A DNA stretch of 64,000 nt from Iphione sp. A-MEVVRFRX5 (GCA_976226885.1 OZ320316.1:59210001-59274000); one strand, 5' to 3'. Shown: positions 33,501 through 46,106, numbered from the stretch's first letter. Made by a program: numbers and translations. The notes: generated by a model from the sequence alone, not told the origin.

Positions 33501-36313
33501 TGCAACTGATGGTGCCTGATCAGATGCTGAAGGCTATGCCAGGGCAGAACCACCAGATGGAGCTCAGGGGCTCCATCCATATGCCAGGCAGAGGCTTTAC
33601 CAAACTCTGCCTGCCGAGGACAAATCAGAACCCTGTATTCATAAACCAACCAATGGCTGGGGCCAGGCCGTGTGCTATTTAAACTGTCTGAAGTGGAGCT
33701 CACCAAACTCAGTTTTCACCAGCTAATGGAGTGCACCATGTTAATTCCTCTTTGAGAGACCGAATGGAGTTGCAATGGAGCCTGGGCAGAACTTGACTGA
33801 GCACCAAGTTAGGTAGATAGAGCAGAGCCACCACCCAGCCCACAGAGAACTCTACACAGCCCAGAACTCAGAAGATCCAGCCCCACCATGCAAGACATGG
33901 GCTACAACTGCCAATGCTGTGGTTATGTGATGGACAAGCGGTCAGACATCGTGAGGCACCAGAACTGCCACCGCAAGGAAGGGTTTGCCCAGTGCTTCAT
34001 CATCCCTCACTCTGGTGGAGCGTCTTTTAGATGGCGGGATGATTTCCACTATCATTTGGAGAGATACCACAAGGCTGCACAACTGCACCTCTTCTCCCTG
34101 GAACAAGATGCCACGCTGGTGTTCCTGGACTACAAGTCTTGGGAGGAGGGGCCTGTGCCAGCCATATGTGTAAAAAAGAAGGATATGAGAAGCTGAAGGT
34201 GTTGGCCACCATCTGAGGGGAGCCTGCTCCATCCCGCCCCTGCTTTCCACTAGTCCCTCCTGTGGGAGCCAGTGCCACTACCCCTGATAATAGGAGTGAA
34301 GACAGTGAGGACAAGGAGGATGGAAGCAGCATCCCACCAGAGGAGAGCCTGGGCCCTCGGCTCCAGCCCAGCAAAGGACAGCCAAGCCTCATCGACATCA
34401 AAAGGGACACCAGCCTCTCCCCAGCTGGATGGGACATCCCCTTGTTGGGGATGGACACCTCACCCATTCTCCAGGACTCCAGGACGCAGCTCAGGTCAGC
34501 GAGGCCCACTCCTCAGCGAGAGCTTCAACATCCAAGTCTACTCCCAGGGTAGGATGGACCTGCCCACGGCAAGTGGGACTGGCACCAGGACAGCCTGCCC
34601 CCCAACTGCCCCCACTTGGTTCGGCCTCCTTACCTGGAGCTGCCAGGATCTGGCTGAAGAAGAGGGCAAGGGGAAAACAGACTCAGGACCCCAGCCCATT
34701 TGAGTGGATCAGATACCACCACGTCCAAACCAGGGGTGGGATCTGCACCCCTGTCACAAGAAGGCTTATCGGCAAATGGTGTCCCCCATTACCTCGGTGG
34801 GGTCCCCAGCCAAAAAGACAACATCGGTGGCCACAATGTCACCCCTTGCCTGGGCCAAGGTCACCTCGGGATTTGGGCCCCGGTCCATCCTCGCCACCTC
34901 AGAAGCACCAAGCTGGGAGGCCCAACTTATCAATGAGCACCTGGGCAAGGGGTGGTAGGACATGGAGGCAGAGGAACAGCAGGAGGCTCCAGTGAAGAGG
35001 AGGAGGGTGTCTGTGACCAGGGTCAGGAAAGCCCCCCTAGCTGACTACCTCCAGAGCCAAGGAAACACTACTATTGGCTATGAAAAATATTTGGTGCTTG
35101 AGCACCATTCTGGTGCTCAAAACGTTTAGTGGAAGGAGCCTTCTTCCAGTGCCGTTGCTACTCTGGTGGTCCAACTGATCTAAGCAGTGGACTCGAGCCA
35201 AGTCTTCAGCTCCAGCTTTAACAGAGCAGCCAAGGGCAAAGACAAATCTATCTGCTTTGCCCAGGTCAACCACACCACCAACAGAACTGCCACCCAAGCT
35301 GCTACCCACACTACCAACTGAGCTGATGCTAGAGCCACTGACTCAGCTGCCAAGAGAGCTGGGGAACATGTTAATGGAGAGTGAGCCGTTGGTCCCACCT
35401 GCAGAGGCACTGGTCAAGGGAGGAGAAATGACAGGGGGACCCTTAGCTCTAGGGGTGCCCCCAAAAGCTGACCCCCAGATGACCCCAGGATGACTCAATG
35501 AGACAGGGCCAGCCAGTGGGGCCTTGAGCTCAACCGCTGGGCAGCAGGAGGCTGTCCCCTCTGGCTTCCCGGGGATGATGACAGGGCTCCCCCCGAGTTG
35601 TGGGATGAGCCTTCACAGGATTGTCCCCTGGCTGAGCCAGGACATCAAGCTGAGACCACAGACCATGATGAAGGATCCTACTCCGAGCAGCTGTTGGGGA
35701 GGGCGGAGGTCCATACCGGGCCTCCCCTGATGACATCAACACTGGCCCTGCTCGAATTGGTGGGAACAGACATTATTGAGATACTAGCCTGAAAGACACT
35801 TGTGAGGAATGACCAGACTGGGTCCTCCAGGGAACGTTTACCAACTATGGCCCCTGTAAGGCAGCAGCTGGCCATAAGTAGAGCCATGATGGCACCGGCT
35901 GTCTAGTGGTGGGCCAGTACCTGACTTATTACATCACTCACCACATCTCCAATCGGTTGGAGGATCATTTCTGCCTCTGGACATATCCGTATGAGGCCCA
36001 AGCGTCACTTTACAACAGTGACAGTCACACAGATGATCAGGCTCAGCTTCCGAACTGATGTGGTGCATGATGTTCAATTGTTGGAGAAATGGCTCTGTCA
36101 GGGAACTGGGTGGAGCCTGTACTGGTTCCAACCTGAGCTCAGGTGAGCTACCCAGCTTTGGGCTAGGGGGTAAAGACAGGTATAAAGCCAACGCGATGGA
36201 GTTGATTGTCATTGTTACTTTTATTATTCAGCAATAAACATCTCAAACTAACTTAGAGCTTGGCTCTTTGATCGAAGCATACAATATGAATATGCTTTGA
36301 CCCTATCCTGACC
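30555..36313 (+). mobile_element. Degenerate Gypsy element (element B): gag tail, pol remnants, extra zinc-finger ORF, probable 3' LTR
   Basis: GHFKQEC knuckle; RT, RNase H and integrase remnants at ~30950-33150; LTR-like 36096-36313 (TGTCAGG...CCTGAC, TATAAA 36181, AATAAA 36233). Confidence 0.78.
33888..36058 (+). pseudogene. Accessory ORF of element B: two C2H2-like fingers, low-complexity linker, C-terminal domain
   Basis: CACC-ATG at 33888; CQCCG...DIVRHQNCH and QC...FRWRDDFHYHLERYH; P/S/E-rich fragments; WVLQGTFT...AGH...YLTYYITHH...FCLWTYPY ending at TGA 36058. Confidence 0.62.
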
Positions 36314-36556
36314 GCCAGTGTTAAATCGATCACCAGTGATAGATCTTTTAAAGGACTTATACCATTTATTAATATTTCTGTTCAATTTTATGTTTTTGAT
36401 CTAATAAAAGGAATATATAGTCTGCTAACCAGATCTAACTTAAATTCTGGAATATCCATATGGTTACCATGAAAAAGCTGTCGTGTGACCTGTAAGAAAC
36501 TCAAAAGTTAGCATGTTTGCTTATATTTATAGTGTAATAAATGTATTGTGTAATAT

Positions 36557-36896
36557 TGTGATATCTCAGACATGCGTAAAAGGCGGGCCTAGGGCCCAGC
36601 GTAAATACAGAGTTATTTTGGGGATGGTGTTGCCTTGGTATGTTACAGTATTATTGTATTGCCACTGTATTGTTATATTGGCATGGTATTGTAACATTGT
36701 GGGGGGAGCATTCCTCTGGTATTGCCACATTATTGGCCCAGAACAAAATGGGGGCCAAGGAGTATAAATACAGCTGAGTTGTTGCATGAGTTGTCAGTTG
36801 CTTGTTAACCTTCATGGAATAAACATCCATCCTTAGGTTATCATTCCCAACCATTTTATCTAATGGGAAGATTGCTGCATGCCAACTAAGATATCA
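36557..36896 (+). repeat. LTR-like sequence (possible solo LTR)
   Basis: TGTGATATCT...AGATATCA ends; TATAAATA, CAGTTGC and AATAAAC in the same order as LTR 20636-20872; no clean TSD. Confidence 0.45.
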
Positions 36897-37584
36897 AATT
36901 AAGTATCAAAACGTTGGAGATCACTGCCTGAACACTTTTTTAATGGAACATTTTCTTCTAGGAGCACTAGTTTTTAATGGCTAACTTCCAGTTATGTAAA
37001 TAAAGAAAAATTAAATGTAAATTTTCTACCTTATATCTCACTTTCAATCATGTCTTGTTGCCATGACAACCAATTAATGAAGTAAAAATATTTTCAAAAT
37101 AACATGCAATTCAATAGCTTACTTTTGATATCCAACATTACAGAATATCTCGAGTATTAAACCGAACACCTTAAGATGATGTATGAAACAACAATTACCA
37201 ATGCCCACAACTTCAATTTTCCTGATCACGCATAACATAAAAAAAACATTAAATTTTATACAACATAGCAGTTTGGTTAGGTTGGAAAAAACCATCATAT
37301 AAAATTGTATATACATTAACTAATAATGTTCCAGTTATGTTAAAATTAAACATTTATAGAACATTGTACTTTGGTTAGGTTAGGAAAACCTTCACACAAC
37401 GTTGTATAAAATGTTTTATAATAACATAGATAATGTTAGAATCAAACATTCCTAGAACAGTGTGACTTGGTTAGGTAAAAAAATTGACAAAATTCAAACA
37501 AATTAAATTGTAACATTCAGGTCATATCCATACGGCATGTTCTTGAAAGGTAGTTTGGTTAGTAATGTGTCTAGAATATCATAG

Positions 37585-37961
37585 TGTGGCGGATGCACAT
37601 TGTTGGATCCATGATATCCAACACCATGGTCCAACCAGATGATCTAATGATTGCTTATGCAACAAATGTGTATCTGATATCATATGTCAGATTCTGGAGG
37701 TATTGTAAAATAGCTGTGTATTGCATAATGACTGTCTGATGTGACATCTAAGTATTCTGAAATCATGGTATTGTGCGAGCCACTAGGGCTCTGTATGTAT
37801 ATAAAGGGCAAAACTTTCTGTATAAACAGACATTCTCTCTTTGCGCCTTGAGAAGTCCTGCAGTGGAGTGAACCAGATTTCGTTGTGTTGGAGTTACTCT
37901 GTCCTTGATCTCTGCCCTTTTGGCCTGTTGGCTAGAGCTCACTGAACACTCACAGATTACA
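37585..37961 (+). mobile_element. Solo LTR (377 bp) with 4-bp TSD ATAG
   Basis: TGTGG...TTACA; ATAG at 37581-37584 and 37962-37965; TATATAAA inside. Confidence 0.72.
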
Positions 37962-38732
37962 ATAGTTTAGTTCTATTAGACAATATATACGGATCCTTTA
38001 ACATGATGTAATAAGAAGTCAAAAAAGTACAGTGGGTTATATGTTGGACTTTGAATTAGAAAAAGTGGGTGCAAAGGTAGAACTTTTCCAAAAACATTTT
38101 GTGTAGGGTTCAGGAAGGGTTTCCTTATGTTTCACAGCAAGGTTCTATAAAGTTTAAAAGAGGTTCACCTTATAACATTTTATCAACGCTATTTCACAAT
38201 GTTCACCAAACCAAATGTAGTGTCGGCCACTCCGTAAATAAGACATGACCAGGAAGTACAAACCAAGGATCTTTATTACTGAGACAATTGAAGACAGAAG
38301 TTCACAGTATGGCTCCCTGCCCTGAACTGAACTGAGAGGGCTCCAGCTCCTGCTTTTATAGGCTGGAGCCCCCAGCGGTGCATTGTGCAACATTGCACGA
38401 TGCGTCCAACGCAGGTGCACGAAGCACAAGGCACAAAGCACGAGGCGACACTGCAACACTGCACTCTGCGCTGAAAGCATCAATGCACAGTGCACAGTGC
38501 CACCTCGCACAATGCAACCTTGCACCGTGCAACGTTGCCACATAACACCGCTACACTGCTCCCTCCCAAGAATCAACTTTGTCCCCAAAGTTCAAACACT
38601 GCAACACAGTCCAACACGTAACGCGCAACGAAAAAGTCCAGGCACGCCAGGGTCGTCAGCTATCTCCGCGCACCCAAGTCCAAAGCAATTCCATCGCGTT
38701 CCAGTCCGGTCCGGTCTGCATCCCACCATTCC

Positions 38733-41321
38733 TTATCGTAGCCGCACCACGAATGTTTCCTTCATCTCGGCCACTACCTCCTCCCCTTCCTGGCAGTCAG
38801 CCCAGGAGGTAAACCGGCGGAACGCCCACCCTCGGGTCAGGTTCCCGGGCCGGCGGGCGTGCCAGCTCATCAGGTCACACGGGGGAGCCTCCCCTGATGG
38901 CCAGAAGCGGATGGACTGCACCAGGTGTACCTTAACCTCATGGTGGCCGGCCAGCTGTACTTCTGCAGTGCTGGAGGTGCCCACAATGTGCCACCCCACT
39001 GGCGGGGCGGACTGTCGGGACACGTGCAGAGTGGTCACCCAATGATACACGGCGTCAGGTATTCCCTCGTCCTCGGAGGCGGGGGGGGAGACATCTTCAT
39101 AGGTCCACCGGTAGGCGTAACGTGGCCCACCGGGGCGTCGTGGAGGGGTGCCTCGGGGGCTGCCCGTCGCGGCCAAGCCTCTACCTCAGGGCGCCGCGGG
39201 GTTAACTCGGGCCACTGGGGAGAGCGCGCCCTGCTCCTGTCGACGGCCCAGTGGCTGAGGGGGACGGCCCGCTAGGCCAGCCCCGCCGGGTGCTGGTACT
39301 GGTCGTTCGGGCTCCGGGGGCACCGGTAGGGGCCCCACAGCGTCCGGCTGGTCCTCTGGTGGCGGTGGTGGTGGTGGTGGTGGTGGGGACACCCGGGCCC
39401 CATCTGTTGGGGGGGTCACTCCCACGAGGCTGAGAGTGGCGACTCCCGAGACCGTCGGTTCACCGCGGCCCTCTTCCGAAGAGTCTGTCGCCTCCCCCGG
39501 CCCGCGGGGGGCCCCCTCCTGTGGGCGGTCGTGCGGTGGGTCATCTGGCCGCTCCTCTGGCTCACGACCGGCGTGGGTGGTCTGAGCGCCCCCGGCTTCG
39601 TCAGTCGGCCCTGCTGGAGGCCGATGTGGGCCGAGGTCCTCGTCTGTTGGCGGCGGTCGGGGCCCCGTGTCCTCCTCCTCGCCCAGCGGGGCGGGTGCCG
39701 CCCCTGACCCTGAGGACTCACCCAGTCCTCCTGCTTCGTCCTCGGGCGGCCCTTCTGACCACTCCTCGGTGTTCTCCTGAGTGGAGATGTCCTCCAGCGG
39801 GGGAACATCCGAGCCCCGACGCGCCACCGTAGAATCGGCGGTCAGGGCCGCCAACTCCTCCTCCTCCACTGTGGCGGTACGTGCCGCCACCCCGGGCCTT
39901 GCTCCGGTGTCGGAGAGCCCTGAGCTCTCCTCCTCTAACCACACCACCTCCCCTAGGGTGGCGGCCATGGCCCGCTGCAGAGTGTCGGGTTCTCCAGCCT
40001 GGGGCGTAGGGTGAGCCTTCTTCTGCCCCAGCGGGGGGGAGGCCCCCGGCGAGTCCTCAAGGACCACCACAGGCCCACTTTCCGTCGCCCTCTCCCAGCC
40101 AGGGCCCAGCCTGCGATCCAGCTGCGTCTCCTCCTCCTCCGCCGTCCGGCTCACCTTCGCCGGGGTATGGCTGCGCCCCGCGGGCCCTCGGCGACCGGGT
40201 GTCCGGGCGCGGGCGGGGCTGGTCCACCAGCCCTTCCTCTGAGGAGGAAGTCGGCATCCGGCCCAACCCCCGGCGCCGTGGGTGGCGGAAGGATGCGCGC
40301 CCTCGCAGGGACACGCCTCCGGGCACAAGGGGTGACGACTCAGCGGCGTCCTCTTAGTCTGACCAGGCCGGCCGCTCTGGTGATGGTTCCCGTGGAGCTG
40401 GCGGCGGCGCTGGGGGTGTTCCGGCCCGCCCCCCCTGGAAAAGCTGCCGGCGGTGGGGCTCCGCCGGGGTTCCCTCCAGGTTGATGCCAGCAGGGGTGGG
40501 CACCAACGGCGCGGTGCGGGCACACGAGGAGCTCGGGGTGCCCTGGGGCTTGGCCCTTTCGTAGGTCCGGGCAGGCGCTCCCCAATGAGGGGGAGAAGAC
40601 GAGGAGCTTCCCGATGGCATGCCGGTGTGAGAAGGGGCTGACGTTCCCGACCCAGGTGTCTCCGACGGGGTGTGGGGGCCCCACCCGAGCGGTGCCTCGT
40701 CCAACAGGGGGGTGCCCGGGTCCTGTGGTGGATTGGCCTCCCGTGGCGTGGGGGGGGGGTCTCCGGGTCCGCAGAGTCTCCTCTCGGGGGAGGGGGCGAA
40801 TCTGCCCGGTCGGCGGGGCCCGCGGGTGCAGGCTCCACGGGGCCAGGGCCCGGGGGCACGGCCACAGGCAGGCCCGCAGGTGGGAGGTCATCCCCCGAGT
40901 CCTGTTCCGTTTCCCCTCGCTCCTGTCTCTGAGCAATCCAGTTCAGTAAGGTCCCGCCGCCGCGTCCTCTCGTCCTGCCGCTTCCGGCGGTCGTACTCTG
41001 CCTGCCGCTCCGGCGGGCAGGGCAGCACCACCCCAAATGTCGGGTTATAACCCGAGAATCGGAGCAGCTCCACGCCTGTGGAGTGTGCCACCCGCTCGGA
41101 GCCATGCACCTTCACCGCGTGCCGCTTCCAATCGGCCCTACGCTTGAAGGCGGTCATCTGGGGAACGGACACAGCCAGCCAAAACCGACGACTTGGTGGG
41201 TGGCTGCGATGTGCTCGTACATTCCCTCCAGCTCGGTGAATTCCTTCCCGCACACCTGGCAGGGGAAGGGGGGGCCGTCGGGGGCGTCCGAGGTGCTAGG
41301 AGTCGGGTCACGTTCAGCCAT
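38733..41321 (-). pseudogene. Element A accessory ORF (~860 codons): two C2H2 fingers, P/E/S-rich linker, C-terminal globular domain
   Basis: GGT-ATG-G at 41321; FPCQVCGKEFTELEGMYEHIAATH; WLCPFP[frameshift]MTAFKRRADWKRHAVKVH; further frameshifts; in-frame TGA 39188-39186; final 147-aa domain ends about 165 nt before the PPT. Confidence 0.78.
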
Positions 41322-41547
41322 ACCGCTCTCGGGGTGCGGGACGGTCCGGTGGCGTTGGTAGCAGGTGGGGACGAGGTTGCGCAGAATGTCCTGGCACTGT
41401 TCGCTAGTGCGTCGATCGCAGGTGCGTCGACCGTGGCTGCGGCGACTGTCAGTGCGGCCAACGTCGAGGCCCCGATGCACGTAGTGTTCACCGTACGTGC
41501 GCCAAACGTTATTGGCGCGTCGAGTGCCTGTGGAAACAAGGCAGACA

Positions 41548-41810
41548 TCAGCACAAGGTGTTTCTGCTACAGCGCGAATGTGGCTCAACCTCTCTACCGG
41601 CGAGCAAACGACTCCCTTACAATTGCCGCCCACGCATTCAACTCCCAGTATTTCGCCGCCAGGACAGGCCGCAGGGTCAGCGCAGAGTGTTCCTGCTACC
41701 GCGCAAAGGTGGCTCGGCCTTTTTACTGGCGAGCAGACAGCTTCCTCACAACGGTTGCTCACACGCTCAACCCTCGGTATTTCGCCGCCAGTACAGGCCG
41801 CGCAGCTGCC
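41548..41810. repeat. 129-bp tandem duplication (two diverged copies)
   Basis: Units start at 41548 and 41677. Confidence 0.8.
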
Positions 41811-42199
41811 ATAGTGGTCCGGCACCCTTATTCTCGTACGATCAACGCAGCTACTTTCCTGGCTGCAGCTTACATTGTACTCTCGACTATCGCGCACCCA
41901 AGTCTCGCGGCTACAAAGCTGGCTTCTGCTAACCTTGCGGCCCCTATTATCGCTCGTAGCTGGTACAAGTGTTGCACATGATAAGATGCCTACCTGGCTT
42001 CGTACCGTCCGAGCGGGATAGTCCATGACGCCCTGGCGTTCAGTGCAGCAGCGTGCCTTGCGCTGAGACATTGCACCCTTGGTCGTCGTGCGATGCTTTT
42101 GTCTCCGTCGGTCGCTCTGACTGCAATGGCACGAGGTCTGCATGTGAGAGACGCGGTCGCGGGTGGTGCTGCCTCATTTCCAGTGGCTTAGATCAGCGA

Positions 42200-42475
42200 G
42201 GTTACGCTGGGCGGCGCCACGTGCTGGCGAAGAGTGCGCCTACAGTGCTTGCCTCGACGCATCGGCGGAATTACGCTGGGTGGCGCCACGGGCTGGTAGA
42301 AGGTGTGCTCGCGCTGCTCGCATCGACGCAGCTTCGTTTCCCGGCCCGTGGTGAGGTGAAGAGCGTGCCTGCAGTGCTCGCCTCGACGCATCGGCGGAGT
42401 TACGCCGGGTGGCGCCACGGGCTGGTAGAGAGCGCACTTGCGCTGCTTGCATTGACGCAGCTTCGTTCCCAGCCA
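42200..42475. repeat. 129-bp tandem repeat at the integrase C-terminus (43-aa repeat NEAASM...)
   Basis: CCTCGACGCATCGGCGGA at 42252 and 42381. Confidence 0.85.
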
Positions 42476-45400
42476 TGACGTTCAGCGCAGTCGCCATCCC
42501 CGCACCCGCGAGGGTGGTCCGGCAGACCTGGCTGGCGCAAGTCACCTGGGGATCCTCTTTGGCTGGCTTGAGTCGGTCCGCATGGACGACCCTCCTCTTG
42601 GGTCCCTTGCCGATTCGATAGGTGACTGCTGAAAGCTTCTCCTCTACTTGCCAGGGCCCTTCCCACCAGTCCTGGAACTTGTGAGGGACTCCCCGGCGGC
42701 GGAGTGGTGAAAACAACCAGACCCTTTGTCCGACCGCATACTCCTGTGGCCTGACTTTCTGGTTGTACCAGTCGCGTCTGTGTTCAGTCACCCGGTTTAA
42801 GTGCTGCGCTACCCTCTGATGAGCCTGCTGGACCTCGTCCTCCACCTGGCTAGCGTACTGGTTCCGCTGCACCACGCTGGGCTCAGGGTATCCGTACCGG
42901 AGTTCCACCGGCAAGTTGACCTCCCGATGGAACATGAGCCGATTGGGCGACATATTGGTCGACCCTTGCGGCGTAGCCCGGTATGCGGCCATCACATAGG
43001 GGAGGGCCAAATCCCAGTCAGCTCTCCGTTCTTCTCCCAGGGTACCCAGCATATTAGCCAGCGTCCGGTTGAAGCGCTCGACCACGCCGTCGCTTTGGGG
43101 GTGATATGGTGTAGTTCGAGATTTTTCTATTCCCAGGATGTGGAGCACCTCTGTGAACAGGTCGGAGTGGAACACTCGGGGGGGGCCAAACCAACATATG
43201 ACCTCTCGCACTATGACTTCAGCGGATGCTTTGGCGGTCGCTTCTGCCAGAGGAAACGCCTCCGTCCACTTGGAGAAGTGGTCCGCCACCACCAGAACGT
43301 ACCGATTTCCCCGCGGGGTCTCCGGCAGAGGCCCCAGTATGTCGGCAGCCACTAACTCCCAAGGCTCGCTCACCGGCCGGGACTGCAGCGGTGCTCGCCG
43401 GGAGCGGGGCGGCGCCTTACGCCGCTGGCACACCTGACATGCGGCCGTCCAGCGCCCCACATCGCGGCGCATCCCTGGCCAGAACCACTTCTGCCGCAAT
43501 AATCCGAGGGTTTTCTCGGCGCCCAGGTGGCCTCCCAGTGTGCCTGCGTGTACATCCTGCCACAGGTCAGCTCGCAGTACGCGGGGGACGTAGGCCTGGT
43601 ACACCGCCTGCCCGCCGTCTGCTTCCCAGCGCCGCATCAGCACCCCGCCCCTCAAGGACAACCAGCCGACTTCCGCCTGCAGCTGGCGCTCCTCCCATGG
43701 CAGCCCAACCTCCAGTCCCGGGGGGTCGTCTCCCGCCGCCAAGGCTTGCCGGATCGCCTCCGTGCCTTCCTCTGCCGCCTGCACCTTACTTAGCTGCTCG
43801 GAGCTTGCCGGCGGGGTCGCCGCCACCGCGGCTACTTCCGCGACTTCGGGGGCCATCTCCCTGGTGCACTGCTTACACTGCTGCCGCAACAGGCCATCCG
43901 CGTTCCCGTGCTTCCGCCCCGGCCGGTGGATGATCTCCAAATCATGGCAGAAGATTTCCTCCAGCAAGCGGGCCAGTTGTCCCTGTGGCTCACGGAAACT
44001 GCAAAGCCACCGCAGCGAGTCGTGGTCGGTCCGGATCTCGACGCTCCGCCCCCCACGTAGCAGCGGAATTTACGCAGGGCGAACACTACGGCCAGCAGTT
44101 CTCGCCATGTCACTCAGTAGTTCCGCTCTGGCTTGGTGAGGGTCCGGCTCGCATAAGCCAAGACCCTCTCTTGCCCGTCCTGGATCTGGGACAGCACTGC
44201 CCCGATGCCGGTGTCGGAGGCGTCTGTGTCCAGCAACAGCCTTCCTTGCGGGCAGGGGTAGCCCAGGATCGGTGCTGAACACAGCTGCTGCTTCAGGTGG
44301 TCGAAGGCCTGCTGGCACTCCCCCGTCCAGGCGAACTCCGCCAGCCGATCTGCCATGGCATGGAGGGGGGCCGCGATCCGGGCGAAGCCCTCCACGAAGC
44401 TCCGGTAATATGAGCATAGGCCGAGGAACCCACGTAACTCCTCCCCACAGCGCGGTGGAGGCCAGGCGGCCACGGCGGCGATCTTCTCTGGGTCCACCCC
44501 GACGCCGCGGGCCGACACCAGATGACCCAGGTACGCCACCTCCTCCTGAAACAGCTGACACTTCGAGGCCTTCACTCGCAGCCCGGCCTGCTGCAGACGG
44601 TCGAAGACTCGCCCCAGGCGGTCGCACATCTCCTCCACTGTGCGGCCTAGCACAATGATATCATCCAGGTACACGAGACAGTCCGTGCCCACCATGCCCC
44701 GCAGCACGGACTCCATGAGGCGCTCGAAGGTCGACGGCGCATTGCACAACCCGAAGGGCATCACCCGGAACTGGTATAGCCCTCCAGGAGTGCACACGGC
44801 CGTCTTCTCCGCATCAGCAGGGTCCATTCTGACCTGCCAGTAGCCACTGGCCAAGTCAATGGCAGAAAAATAGCGGTTCCCCTGCAACGCATCCAGGGTG
44901 TCGTCGATGTGAGGCAGGGGATATGCGTCCTTCTTTGTTACCGCATTCAATCGCCGATAGTCGATACAGAAACGGGTGCTCCCGTCCTTCTTTTTGACCA
45001 GAACCAGGGGAGAAGCCCACGGGCTGGTGGAGTGTTCCAGTACTCCCTTCTCCAACATCGCCTCCACCTCTCGCTCCACCTCCGCTTTTCGGTGGGGAGG
45101 TAGGCGCCGCGCCCTCTGGCGGATGGGGGCGTGCCCTTGCGTATCGATTCGATGCTGGACCACGGGGGTGCACCCCAGGGGGCCGCTCGGGGTCTGGAAG
45201 ACGTCGTAGTGTGCCCCCAGCATCGCCCGGATTTTGGCTCGGTCATCGTGCGACAGTCCTTCTGGTAGTTGGTCCAGCAGCTGTCTTACTGCCTCCCATT
45301 GCTCAGCCTCTACAGTCCCAGCCGGCGCTGCGTAGGCGGTCACCACGTCGCTCACCACATGGCCGGTTCCGAACTGCGTACCGCGGAAGACGCAAGCCGC

Positions 45401-46106
45401 GACCGGCCCCGGGTTCCACAGAGGTATCCACAGTCGGCCCTCTTGTGGACGCACCACGGCCCTGGCCACCCGCAAGCCCGACCTCTCCTCGAACCGGCCG
45501 CTGGCCTCCGCCATGATGTTCTCGCCCGGAAGTCCTTCCCCCTGCCACTCGACTTGCAACCAACCGACCTGCCCTGCTGGGACCGTGGCGTCGGCCACCA
45601 CCGCCAAGGGTGCCGCTGTCTCCCCCGGTATCCGGCCCAGCGCCACCTGCGCCCTCCGGGAGTCCACCACTGCTTCCCAGCGGTCTAACCAGTCAAGTCC
45701 CAATATGGCAGGCACTTCCATATCTACCACTCGGGCCTGCATAGGGACTGCGGCCTCCTGGAAATACACCACCCCGGCCACGGACCCCCGCACCGCGAGT
45801 GGGGCACCATCCACACCGTACACGCGGGCGTCCACTGGTCCCAGGGGTACTCCATGCAGGGACTCGAATACCTTGGCGGAGAGGAGCGACGCCGAAGCGC
45901 CGGTGTCGATCAGCCAGTCTATCACTCGGCCCCCAAACTCCCCCGACAGGAGCAGTCCATTGAATTCGCGCCTTCGGTGGCCCTGCAGGGTGACCGCGGG
46001 CTCTCCCTGGACCACCCAGAGCCTGCAGATGCTCCGGCAGTCCCAGGGAAACGTCGGGTGCGGCCGCCCGCCCTACTGGGCCGGGGCGGGCGGCTGGCTG
46101 TTTGCC
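42240..46106 (-). pseudogene. Element A pol (protease, RT, RNase H, integrase; disrupted)
   Basis: LIDTGAS, PWASPLVLVKKKDG, YLDD, DASDTG; HHCC + DDE integrase, GPW; TGA at 44116-44114; frameshifts near 46015 and 44050. Confidence 0.92.

Noticed and set aside
38379-38531. Metal-response-element array in the LTR
   Set aside because: Only one site fits TGCRCNC; the rest are TGCA cores only.
44114-44116. In-frame TGA at a Cys position (RNY*VT) as selenocysteine
   Set aside because: The element has many other lesions and no SECIS was seen; a single TGY>TGA mutation suffices. The PLE ORF has no in-frame TGA either.
46015-46106. Gag-pol stop-codon readthrough (pol ORF is in frame after the gag TAG)
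   Set aside because: The conserved LPEHLQAL peptide (cf. WPEHLAAL and LAEHLRML in elements C and B) is in the -1 frame, open from GGCAAAC at 46106-46100. A -1 frameshift plus a later indel near 46015 explains it better.
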